Assembly (NCBI RefSeq): GCF_000017305.1
Contig: NC_009664.2
Span: 450,001 to 482,000, forward strand
DNA from: Kineococcus radiotolerans SRS30216 = ATCC BAA-149
GTDB lineage: Bacteria; Actinomycetota; Actinomycetes; Actinomycetales; Kineococcaceae
Direction: 5' to 3'
DNA: 32,000 nucleotides
Within the stretch, counting starts at the first letter, position 1. Every line of letters begins with the position of its first letter. The position numbers and the translations under genes are program-made. The notes beneath the pieces are model-generated. The model had not been told where the DNA came from. It saw only the letters and a list, made by a program, of their open reading frames with translations, and did no database searches. Shown here piece after piece: positions 1-7,364 of the stretch.

Positions 1-360
1 GGTGTTGCGCAGCAGGGCGAGGTTGTCGTCGATCTGCTGCTGCTCCCCGCCGCGCTCGACGTAGGCGCCGAACACCAGGTGCGTCGTGTCCCGGGCCGCG
101 GCGAGCCCCTCGCGCGCGCCCCGCGCCTGCGACAGGTCGACCGCCAGGGCCTCCCAGTCGACGCCGGGCTGGTCGCGGCGGGCCGCGCCGCGGACCTTCC
201 ACCCGGGGATCGCGGCGTACTCGGCGGCCGCGTGGGCCCCGATCACCCCCGCCGACCCGGCGACGAGGGCCACCCCGGGTCGCGCCGCGGCGGCGGCCAG
301 GGGGTCGAGACCGCCGGCGGGGCTGGCGCCGTCACGGGCGGGGGCGGTGGGGGTTTCCAT
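1..360 (-). CDS. SDR-family NAD(P)-dependent oxidoreductase/epimerase, first 120 codons only (gene runs off window start)
   Basis: Not in ORF track because no stop lies in the window. Reverse-strand ATG at 360-358 is preceded by GAGGA. Translation METPTAPARDGAS...GVALVAGSAGVIGAHAAAEYA...THLVFGAYVERG has a Rossmann glycine motif and very high GC3. Confidence 0.65.
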   Translation of the reverse strand, partial: METPTAPARDGASPAGGLDPLAAAAARPGVALVAGSAGVIGAHAAAEYAAIPGWKVRGAARRDQPGVDWEALAVDLSQARGAREGLAAARDTTHLVFGAYVERGGEQQQIDDNLALLRNT

Positions 361-435
361 CACGGTGGTGGTCCTCAGGTGCTCGGGAGCGGTCGCGCCG
401 GCGGGCTCGACGCTCCCCGCACGCTAGGACGGCCC

Positions 436-471
436 GGCCCGCACCGCCCGCCGGGGCCGGCGGTGCGGGCC
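436..471 (-). terminator. GC-rich hairpin directly after phoD stop
   Basis: Perfect 13-bp inverted repeat GGCCCGCACCGCC (436-448) / GGCGGTGCGGGCC (459-471), 7 nt from the phoD stop at 479-481. No clear U-tract. Confidence 0.5.
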
Positions 472-478
472 GTGGGGC

Positions 479-2128
479 TCACGCCTCCTGCAGCCCCGGC
501 CGGCCCGCTTCGACGACGAAGCTGGCCCGGGTGCTCACCGGCGACCCGGGCTGGGACACGCGGTCCAGCACCCGGAAGTCGGCCCGCAGCTCGTCGCGGT
601 CGAGGCGGGCCACGACGTAGCCGCGCTGGTCGTTGGCGAGCTTCAGGTCCGGGTTGTCCCTCAGCTCGCTGTCCCGGGTGGGGTAGACGTCCCCGCCGTC
701 ACCCCCGGAGGTGATGGAGGTGCAGACCAGTTCGACCCCGACGGGGGCGGAGTCCGGGTCCGCCGCCACCCGGGCCAGGTCGGCGGCGTAGTGCTTGTGC
801 ACGTCCCCGGTGAGGACGACGGGGTTCGCGACCCGGCGTTCGGCGAAACCGTCGAGGAGGCGCTGACGGTTGGCGGTGTACCCGTCCCAGGAGTCGGGGT
901 TGAAACCGCGGTCCACGCCGGGGACGTAGTCGTGCTCGTGGAACATCACCTGCTGGCCGATGACGTCCCAGGTGGCGGCGGAGGACTCCAGGCCGTCCAG
1001 CAGCCACGTCTCCTGCTGCTCCCCCAGGATGCTGCGCCCGGGTTCGTCGCGCTCGGGGCCGGCGGCGGGGAACTCGTCCCCGCCGGGCTGGTCGTCGCGG
1101 TACTGGCGCGTGTCGAGCACGTGGAACGCCGCCAGCCGGCCCCAGGTGAGGCGGCGGTAGAGCTGCATGTCGGCGCTGGTGGGGCGCGCACGGGTGCGCA
1201 GCGGCATGTTCTCGTAGTACGCCTGGTAGGCCGCGGACCGGCGCGCGGTGAACTCCTCCAGGGTCGGGTAGGGCTCCTGCTCCTCCGCGACGAGGTCGGC
1301 GTAGTTGTTCTCGACCTCGTGGTCGTCCCAGGTGACGATCCACGGCGCGACCGCGTGCGCGGCCTGCAGGTCGGGGTCGGCCTTGTACTGGGCGTGGCGC
1401 AGGCGGTAGTCCGCGAGGGTCCGGGTCTCGGGCCCCATGTGGTCGCGGACGTTGTTGCCCGAGGGCGAGACGTACTGGTTGGCGGCGTACTCGTAGATGT
1501 AGTCCCCGAGGAAGAGGACCACGTCGGGCTGTTCCTCGGCCAGGCGGCGGTAGGCGGTGAACCAGCCGTGCTCGTACTGGGCGCAGGAGGCGAAGGCCAT
1601 CGTCAGGGGGGTGCCCCAGGACCTCGCGGCGGGCGCGGTGCGGGTCACGCCGACCGGGGAGACCTCGCCCCCGGTGCCGGCCAGGCGGAACCGGTAGAAG
1701 AACTCCCGGCCGGAGGGGAGGCCGTTCACCTCGACGTGGACGCTGTGCCCGAGCTGGGACACGGCGTAGGTGCGGCCGCGGCGCACGGTGCGGCGGAACC
1801 CGTCGTCCTCGGCGATCTCCCACTCGACCGGGACGTCGCGCTCGGGCATCCCGCCGCGTCCGTCCTCGGCGTAGGGCGAGGGCGCCAGGCGCGTCCACAA
1901 CACGACGCCGTCGGGGGTGGGTTCCCCGGAGGCGACCCCGAGGGTGAAGGGGTTCCCCAGCCGCCCGGCGGCGGACTTCGCCTGCCGGGCGGGGGTCTGG
2001 GCGGCGGAGGCGCTCCAGCCGCCGGCGATCAGCAGGCCGGCGCCGGCGGCGGCGCCGAGGACGGTCCGGCGCCCGTGGGGGTGGCCGGTGTCGGTGGGAG
2101 CGCTGCGGAGGGGTTCGGGCAGGGTCAC
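479..2128 (-). CDS. phoD: Alkaline phosphatase D family (PhoD), Tat-exported
   Basis: 549-aa ORF. Twin-arginine signal HGRRTVLGAAAGAGLLIAGG..ASAAQ. PhoD-type metallophosphatase motifs FLGDYIYEY, VTWDDHEVENNY, LTGDVHKHY. Confidence 0.9.
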   Translation of the reverse strand: MTLPEPLRSAPTDTGHPHGRRTVLGAAAGAGLLIAGGWSASAAQTPARQAKSAAGRLGNPFTLGVASGEPTPDGVVLWTRLAPSPYAEDGRGGMPERDVPVEWEIAEDDGFRRTVRRGRTYAVSQLGHSVHVEVNGLPSGREFFYRFRLAGTGGEVSPVGVTRTAPAARSWGTPLTMAFASCAQYEHGWFTAYRRLAEEQPDVVLFLGDYIYEYAANQYVSPSGNNVRDHMGPETRTLADYRLRHAQYKADPDLQAAHAVAPWIVTWDDHEVENNYADLVAEEQEPYPTLEEFTARRSAAYQAYYENMPLRTRARPTSADMQLYRRLTWGRLAAFHVLDTRQYRDDQPGGDEFPAAGPERDEPGRSILGEQQETWLLDGLESSAATWDVIGQQVMFHEHDYVPGVDRGFNPDSWDGYTANRQRLLDGFAERRVANPVVLTGDVHKHYAADLARVAADPDSAPVGVELVCTSITSGGDGGDVYPTRDSELRDNPDLKLANDQRGYVVARLDRDELRADFRVLDRVSQPGSPVSTRASFVVEAGRPGLQEA

Positions 2129-2224
2129 GGGGGTTCCTCACGGGGGGCTGGGGAGCGGTGGGCGGCGTTGCGACGCAACCGGTCGGGGACGACCATGCTC
2201 CGGTCCCGGAACCTCGCGGGTGCC

Positions 2225-2257
2225 GACGCGGGGAATCCGCGTGAACGCTGGGTGACC
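2225..2257 (-). promoter_or_regulatory. PHO-box-like 11-nt direct repeats upstream of phoD
   Basis: Minus strand reads GGTCACCCAGC GTTCACGCGGA TTCCCCGCGTC. GTGACC (2252-2257) and GTGAAC (2241-2246) are exactly 11 nt apart, 97-129 nt upstream of the phoD start. This resembles actinobacterial PhoP repeat units (GTTCACC-type). Confidence 0.4.
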
Positions 2258-2325
2258 ACGCAGGGGGGAACGCTCAGGGCACCCTCACCCGGCAGGGGCG
2301 GGGTTCCCTGGGCGCTGCGGCGCCG

Positions 2326-2583
2326 TCAGCGCAGTTCGTGCGCCCAGGCGCTGGCCCACTCGTCCGCGGCGCCGCTGTCCAGGGCGTCGCGCAGGTCGAG
2401 CAGCGCCGTGAGCCGGTCGGTGCCCAGCCCGACGAGCGCGACGACCGTCGCCGCCCGGACGGCGTCGTCGTCGAGGTCGTCGCGGGTGAGCCGGTGCAGG
2501 TCCGGCAGCGGGGCCGCGGCTCGTCGCGGTCCGCGCCGGTGCTCGACGTGGTTCCACAGCTCGTGGACGTCAGGGGTGGCCAT
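2326..2583 (-). CDS. hypothetical small protein (85 aa)
   Basis: C-terminal part of track ORF 2326..2673, taken from internal ATG 2583 (MATPDVHELWNHVEH...). High GC3. Start choice is uncertain. Confidence 0.45.
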   Translation of the reverse strand: MATPDVHELWNHVEHRRGPRRAAAPLPDLHRLTRDDLDDDAVRAATVVALVGLGTDRLTALLDLRDALDSGAADEWASAWAHELR

Positions 2584-2914
2584 GCGTTCCTCGCTCGTCG
2601 TTCGTCGTGCCTCGGGGTCGCGGGGCGCCCGGCTCGGTCGCAACCGGCCGCGATCGCCCCACCCCCGGTGCAACAGCGCCCGGGCCCCCTCCGAAGCCGG
2701 CGGGACGTGTCGGGTGCATCACGTCCCCCGGGCGGAGGCCGGTCCGCGGACCGGGCGAGGACGGTCACCGCCCGGAGGCGTTCCTCCGGTCCGGTGGTCC
2801 CCCCTCCCCCGACCGGGTGAACCTCGCCCGGCGATCACCGGGCGCGACGTTCCTGGCCTAGGTTCCGCGAAGTGCGGCGAGGCCGCCGCACCTCCCCGAC
2901 CCGAGGACCACACC

Positions 2915-3997
2915 ATGCGCTCCGCACGTCGACCCACCCTGTCCGCGCTCGCCGGCGCCACCGTCCTCGCCACCTGCGCCCTCACCGGTGGCGCCGCCGT
3001 GGCCGCGACCCCCACCGGTCCGGCCCCCGCCGCGACCTCGCCGACCGCTCAGACGGTGGTGCCGAAGATCGGCACCCCCTTCCCCTACGTCGGCCTCGTC
3101 CGCGCCGCCGGCGCGGACCGCTACGAGACCGCCGCCGTCATCTCCCAGGGCTCCTTCGCCCCCTCGGTGGGCTCCACCGTCTTCGTCACCAGCGGCGAGG
3201 CCCCCGCCGACGCCCTCACCGCCGGCCCCGCCGCGGCCTCCCTGGACGCACCGCTGCTGCTCACCCGGGCCGACGCGCTGCCCGCGGCCACCGCCGCGGA
3301 ACTGGAACGCCTCACCCCCGCCACCGTCTACGTCGTCGGGGGCAGCGACCGCGTCTCCGCGACCACCCTGGCCGCCATCGCCGCCGCCGCCCCCGGCGCC
3401 ACCGTCGAGCGCATCGCCGGGCAGGACCGCTACGACACCGCCGTCGACGTCGCCGAGAAGTTCTTCCCCGCCGCCGACGGCGTGGTCCTCACCCGCGGCG
3501 ACACCTTCCCCGACGCCCTCTCCGGCGGGGCCGCGGCCGCCGCCACCGGCGTCCCCCTCATGATCACCGAACCCGGTGCGCTGCCCGCCCCGGTCGCGGC
3601 GTGGCTGGCGAGCCGGACCTTCGAGGCCAGCCTGGTCGTCGGGGGCCCCACCTCCGTCAGCGACACCGTCGCCGCCGCCCTCGCCGCCCGCACCGGCGAC
3701 CCCACCGCCTCGACCCGCGTGGCCGGCGCCGACCGCTACGACACCGCCGCCGCGGTCGCGACGGAGGTCTTCCCCGACGCCGTCACCGCCGTCATCGCCA
3801 CCGGCGACAACTTCCCCGACGCCCTCGCCGGGGTCCCCGCCGCCGCGCTGAACGCCGCCCCGATGCTGCTGCTGCCCCAGCAGTGCACCCCCGTCTCGGT
3901 CTACGACTACCTCGTCGGCAGCGACGTCAGCGCCGAGATCGTCCTCGGCGGGCCCACCTCCGTCACCGCCGAGGCGCTCACCACCAACTGCGCCTGA
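2915..3997 (+). CDS. Secreted protein consisting of three tandem cell-wall-binding repeat 2 (CWB2) modules
   Basis: In-frame ATG at 2915 within track ORF 791..3997. Signal peptide MRSARRPTLSALAGATVLATCALTGGAAVAA. Three repeats of about 95 aa, each opening G(A/Q)DRY(E/D)TA, then ..FPDAL.., ..P(L/M)(L/M)(L/I)(T/L).., ..VVGG/LGG.. . No catalytic domain is present. Confidence 0.85.
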   Translation: MRSARRPTLSALAGATVLATCALTGGAAVAATPTGPAPAATSPTAQTVVPKIGTPFPYVGLVRAAGADRYETAAVISQGSFAPSVGSTVFVTSGEAPADALTAGPAAASLDAPLLLTRADALPAATAAELERLTPATVYVVGGSDRVSATTLAAIAAAAPGATVERIAGQDRYDTAVDVAEKFFPAADGVVLTRGDTFPDALSGGAAAAATGVPLMITEPGALPAPVAAWLASRTFEASLVVGGPTSVSDTVAAALAARTGDPTASTRVAGADRYDTAAAVATEVFPDAVTAVIATGDNFPDALAGVPAAALNAAPMLLLPQQCTPVSVYDYLVGSDVSAEIVLGGPTSVTAEALTTNCA

Positions 3998-4005
3998 CCC
4001 GGCGA

Positions 4006-4044
4006 GGGGGGACGGCGGGGACCTCGGGCCCCCGCCGTCCCCCC
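4006..4044 (+). terminator. Hairpin terminator after the CWB2 gene
   Basis: Perfect 15-bp inverted repeat GGGGGGACGGCGGGG (4006-4020) / CCCCGCCGTCCCCCC (4030-4044), 9 nt after the stop at 3997. Confidence 0.6.
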
Positions 4045-4078
4045 GGGAACCCCCGCGGGTCCACCGGCCCGCCGACTC

Positions 4079-5725
4079 GTGGTCGGGGGCGCGGGGTGGC
4101 TCAATGACCCCGTGACGGCAACCCCCGCGACGCACGGCCCGCACCGGCGGCCTCCCCCCTCGACGCGCGCGGTCGCCCTCTCCGAGCTGCGCGGCGTGCT
4201 CGGGCTGCCCCCCGGGGCCGGTCCCGCCGACCCGTCCGGAGCCGATCCCGCGGTGCGCGGGGTGACCCTGGACTCCCGGCACGTCCTGCCGGGCGACCTC
4301 TACGCCGCCCTGCCCGGTGCGCGGCACCACGGCGCGCAGTTCGCCGGGCAGGCCCGGGCGAGCGGTGCGGCGGCCGCGCTCAGCGACCGCCCCCTGCCGG
4401 GGTTGCCCACCCTGGTCGTCCCCGACCCGCGGGCGGTCCTGGGCCCCCTCGCCGCCCACCTGCACGACCACCCCAGCCACCACCTGGAGGTGTACGGCGT
4501 CACCGGCACCAACGGCAAGACGAGCACCACCCACCTGCTGGACGCCGGGTTGCGCTCCGCGGGCCACCGGACGGGCATGATCAGCGGGATCCGGGTCCGC
4601 ACCCCGGAGTGGTCGCGGCCGGCCCAGCGCACCACGCCCGAGGCGCCGGAGCTGCAGGAGACGCTGGCCGCCCTGCGCGAGCAGGGGGCCACCAGCGCCG
4701 CGGTGGAGGTCTCCAGCCACGGCCTCGCCCTGCACCGGGTCGACGGCACCCGCTTCCGCGCGGCGGTGTTCACCAACCTCGGCCGCGACCACCTGGACCT
4801 GCACGGGGACCAGGAGTCCTACTTCGCGGCCAAGGCCTCCCTGTTCGCACCCCACCGCTGCGCCCTGGCGGTGGTCAACGTCGACGACGCCCACGGCCGG
4901 CGGCTGGCCGCGCAGGTGCGCGTCCCCGTCACGACGTTCTCGGCGGCGGGCCGGCGCGAGGCCGACTGGCGCGCCACCGAGGTCCGCGCCGACGCCGACC
5001 GCACCTCCTTCCGGCTGCTGGGCCCGGGCACGGACCGGCGGGTGCGGCTGCACCTGCTGGGGACCCACCAGGTCGACAACGCCCTGGGGGCCGTCGCCGC
5101 CCTGCACGCCGGCGGCCTCAACGTGGAGGACGTCCTGCGCGGGATGGAGGACCTGACCGCGGTCAGCGGGCGGCTGCAGCGGATCGACGAGGGCCAGCCG
5201 TTCCTGGCGCTGGTCGACTACGCGCACAACGTCGCCGCCCAGCGGCGCCTGCTCCCCTTCCTGCGGACCCTGACCGGCGGGCGCCTGGTGGTCGTCCTGG
5301 GCGCCACCGGCGAACGGGACCCCGGCAAGCGCGGGCCGCTGGGGCGCACCGCGGCCCAGCTGGGCGACGTGGTCATCGTCACCGACGAGAGCCCCCACGA
5401 CGACGACCCCGCCGCGCTGCGCGAGGCCGTGGCCGGCGGCGCCCGGGGCGCCGCCTCGGCCCAGGTGCACGTGGAGGCCGACCGCGACCGGGCGATCCGG
5501 CTGGCCGTGTCCCTGGCCGACCCCGGCGACGTCGTCGTCGTCAGCGGCCGCGGTCACGACGGGCAGCTCGTGGCCGGGGGACGGACCCGCGCCTTCGACG
5601 ACGGCGCGCGGCTGCGGGCGGCGCTGGCGCAGCTGGCCCGCGGAGGCCGGGCGCCGACGGTGCTGCTGCCGGAGGATCAGGTGCGGAAGTCGATGGTGGC
5701 CCGGCCGCCGTGCTCGTCGAGGTAG
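4079..5725 (+). CDS. murE: MurE-type Mur ligase (UDP-MurNAc-L-Ala-D-Glu:diamino acid ligase), probable paralog
   Basis: 548 aa. N-terminal domain VTLDSRHVLPGDLYAALPGARHHG, P-loop GVTGTNGKTSTTHLL, VDYAHN, GERDPGKR. TDESPH sits where canonical MurE has TDDNPR. No mraY, murF or ftsI nearby. GTG start is uncertain. Confidence 0.8.
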   Translation: MVGGAGWLNDPVTATPATHGPHRRPPPSTRAVALSELRGVLGLPPGAGPADPSGADPAVRGVTLDSRHVLPGDLYAALPGARHHGAQFAGQARASGAAAALSDRPLPGLPTLVVPDPRAVLGPLAAHLHDHPSHHLEVYGVTGTNGKTSTTHLLDAGLRSAGHRTGMISGIRVRTPEWSRPAQRTTPEAPELQETLAALREQGATSAAVEVSSHGLALHRVDGTRFRAAVFTNLGRDHLDLHGDQESYFAAKASLFAPHRCALAVVNVDDAHGRRLAAQVRVPVTTFSAAGRREADWRATEVRADADRTSFRLLGPGTDRRVRLHLLGTHQVDNALGAVAALHAGGLNVEDVLRGMEDLTAVSGRLQRIDEGQPFLALVDYAHNVAAQRRLLPFLRTLTGGRLVVVLGATGERDPGKRGPLGRTAAQLGDVVIVTDESPHDDDPAALREAVAGGARGAASAQVHVEADRDRAIRLAVSLADPGDVVVVSGRGHDGQLVAGGRTRAFDDGARLRAALAQLARGGRAPTVLLPEDQVRKSMVARPPCSSR

Positions 5726-6138
5726 CGGCGGGCCCGGTCGTACTGCCGCGGGCCGAGCAACGGCTGCGACGCCCCCGTCTCGTCCTGGACGCTGAAGCCC
5801 GCCAGCAGCCGCACGTAGGCGATGTCGATCGGGCACCCCTGGGGCAGCAGGCCGCTGTCCCGGTCGGCCGCGACCTGGGCGGCGAGCGCCGAGGCCCCGA
5901 TCTCCTCCGTGGAGGCAGCGTCGGCCAGTTCGAGACCCGGGCCCAGCACCACCTCGAGGAAGGAGCGGTCGCTGACGGTCAAGGACGCCAGGACGCGTGC
6001 CTGACGCGCGCGGGCTTCGCGGGCCAGCGCTGCCCCCGATGCGCTCGCCGTCCGCGCGACGACCAGCCCGTCGTGGCCGCGGGCCGAGGAGGCCAGGCCC
6101 AGCTCACCGGTGGTCGCCGGCGATGAAACGTTCACCAC
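5677..6138 (-). CDS. hypothetical protein (153 aa)
   Basis: Only the 3' third of track ORF 5677..6966 looks coding. GTG at 6138 is preceded by AGGAGGA (9-nt spacer). GC3 is very high from there to the stop. The 3' end overlaps the murE 3' end by 49 nt (convergent). Confidence 0.6.
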   Translation of the reverse strand: MVNVSSPATTGELGLASSARGHDGLVVARTASASGAALAREARARQARVLASLTVSDRSFLEVVLGPGLELADAASTEEIGASALAAQVAADRDSGLLPQGCPIDIAYVRLLAGFSVQDETGASQPLLGPRQYDRARRYLDEHGGRATIDFRT

Positions 6139-6380
6139 GTCGGTGGTCCTCCTGGGTTCAGCTCTCTGACGACCGTCCGCGGACCAGTTCCCCTTCGGCT
6201 CCTCACGGGGCGTGCTTGAGGCCGCCGGGGCCGTCCGCGTCCGGGGCGGAGGGGATGTCACCGTCGGTGGTGGAGGGGCGGAGGCACGGCGGACCTGCGT
6301 GGACGTGGTCCGGACGCCGGTCGTCCCCCAGCCGTCCCACGAGGCCGCCCCACGAGCGACGGGGGACCGGGGCCGGGAAC

Positions 6381-6418
6381 GAAAAAGGCCCTGACCTGCA
6401 CGAATGCCGGTCAGAGCC
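6381..6418 (-). terminator. Intrinsic terminator downstream of the tRNA fragment
   Basis: Minus strand: GGCTCTGACC - 12-nt loop - GGTCAGGGCC followed by TTTTTC. It starts about 23 nt after the tRNA 3' end. Confidence 0.7.
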
Positions 6419-6441
6419 TGTCCCGTCGCTGTCTCAACGAG

Positions 6442-6466
6442 TGTCCGAGGGGGGACTTGAACCCCC
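6442..6466 (-). tRNA. Orphan 3' fragment of a tRNA (T-arm + acceptor 3' strand + discriminator A, Leu-like); probable prophage att core
   Basis: Minus strand GGGGG-TTCAAGT-CCCCC-CTCGGAC-A. The required 5' acceptor strand GTCCGAG is absent within 150 nt upstream, so the tRNA is not complete. Confidence 0.55.
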
Positions 6467-6480
6467 GAGTGGCCTAGCGC

Positions 6481-6520
6481 TGACCTGCACCAACGCTCTC
6501 TGACCTGCGACGACGCTGTC
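6481..6520. repeat. Tandem imperfect 20-bp direct repeat at the phage side of the junction
   Basis: TGACCTGCACCAACGCTCTC (6481-6500) / TGACCTGCGACGACGCTGTC (6501-6520), 16/20 identical. The word TGACCTGCAC recurs at 6392-6401 in the terminator stem. Confidence 0.6.
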
Positions 6521-6569
6521 GAAGGATGGAGAGAACTGGAGGTAGGTGGAAGTAGGTGACGGCATTTCT

Positions 6570-6602
6570 GAGTCCGGGGACTCAAGTCGAGTCCCCGGAC
6601 TC
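6570..6602 (-). terminator. Perfect 14-bp hairpin after the membrane-protein gene
   Basis: GAGTCCGGGGACTC (6570-6583) - AAGTC - GAGTCCCCGGACTC (6589-6602), 6 nt beyond the stop at 6609. No U-tract on the minus strand. Confidence 0.5.
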
Positions 6603-6608
6603 GAGTAG

Positions 6609-6917
6609 TCAGCGGCTCGTGGCCTCGGCTTCCCCGCCCTGCCGCTTCGGGCGCAACCGCGTCACGCCTCCTCGGCGCTCCTCCTCCGCCATCTCCTGCA
6701 TCAGGTGGTGCAGGTCCAGGCCCAGCTGCATCGCGCGCAGCTCCCGCTCGGTGCCGCGCAGCACCAGGCCGGCGACGGCGAATCCGCTCGTCAGGGTCAC
6801 CACGATGAACCACAGGCGACCCGGCCAGTTGTCCCAGGACGTGGCCCACCAGAGGCCGCTCAGCGAGATGGTGGCGCCGATGCTGGCCTTGACGAAGCAA
6901 AAGGTCGATGCCCTCAC
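6609..6917 (-). CDS. Small two-TM membrane protein, co-oriented just downstream of the repressor gene
   Basis: 102 aa. GTG start with GGGGAG 6 nt upstream. Hydrophobic spans FCFVKASIGATISLSGLWWATSW and LWFIVVTLTSGFAVAGLVL, then a charged helical tail (RELRAMQLGLDLHHLMQEMAEEERR). Confidence 0.6.
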   Translation of the reverse strand: MRASTFCFVKASIGATISLSGLWWATSWDNWPGRLWFIVVTLTSGFAVAGLVLRGTERELRAMQLGLDLHHLMQEMAEEERRGGVTRLRPKRQGGEAEATSR

Positions 6918-7013
6918 GATTAACTCCCCAGTTGCGTGGAGACGGTCCGTGTCCCCTAGGGATCACAGAAAACCGCGAGGAACTAGGTACCGCAACCGGG
7001 CAACTACGGGCAG

Positions 7014-7364
7014 TTAGGCACCTCGTTGGGCGCGAGGAGATTGGTGATGGTGATCAACGGATTCGGGCGCATGATCGGCTATATAGGCTTCTTTGGCTAG
7101 CTGGATTGCTTTGTCCAAGGCATCCCCAGCGAATAGGCCGGAGTCGCGGACGCGTTGCTCGATGGCAGCAAGAGGGTCAAGGGCCGGCGCTGACGGCTCT
7201 AGATATTGCTCCAGGGCGCCCATGCGGTTGCGGGGAAGGCTTTTGCCTAGTTCCCAGTTCTGCACTGTCTTCTCGGAGACTTTCAATAGCTGGGCGAACT
7301 CTTTGCGATCGAGCATGAGTCGTTCGCGGGCGCGGCGGACCCGCGAGGGGAAGTCGTCACTCAT
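7014..7364 (-). CDS. CI-like XRE-family HTH repressor
   Basis: 116 aa from ATG 7364. RARERLMLDRKEFAQLLKVSEKTVQNWELGKSLP is an HTH_XRE motif. The frame is open to ATG 7421, but that extension covers the operator repeats and has low GC3. Divergent from the cro-like gene. Confidence 0.8.
   Translation of the reverse strand: MSDDFPSRVRRARERLMLDRKEFAQLLKVSEKTVQNWELGKSLPRNRMGALEQYLEPSAPALDPLAAIEQRVRDSGLFAGDALDKAIQLAKEAYIADHAPESVDHHHQSPRAQRGA

Noticed and set aside
2584-2914. Possible cyclic-di-AMP (ydaO-type) riboswitch in the 330-nt leader of the CWB2 gene
   Set aside because: There is only a fragmentary resemblance (GGGTGAACC, ACCUCCCCGA). I could not assemble the pseudo-two-fold conserved core by eye. 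An Infernal/Rfam scan is needed before any claim.
2858-5836. 992-aa minus-strand ORF, the longest in the track, plus the 791..2914 upstream part of the 1068-aa plus-strand ORF
   Set aside because: Both are antisense or out of frame to well-supported genes (phoD, the CWB2 protein, murE). Their translations are Gly/Arg/Pro/Ala low-complexity sequence typical of open non-coding frames in very high-G+C DNA, and no motifs are present.
6442-6530. Complete tRNA gene on the minus strand
   Set aside because: The T-arm and the 3' acceptor strand are clear, but no complementary 5' acceptor strand and no D or anticodon arm can be folded from the upstream 90 nt. It is therefore called a fragment.
6139-6966. 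Upstream two-thirds of the 429-aa minus-strand ORF 5677..6966
   Set aside because: It reads through a terminator, the tRNA fragment, the prophage junction and the separate membrane-protein gene region. It has poor GC3 and Arg/Pro-rich sequence. Only 5677..6138 (SD + GTG) looks coding.
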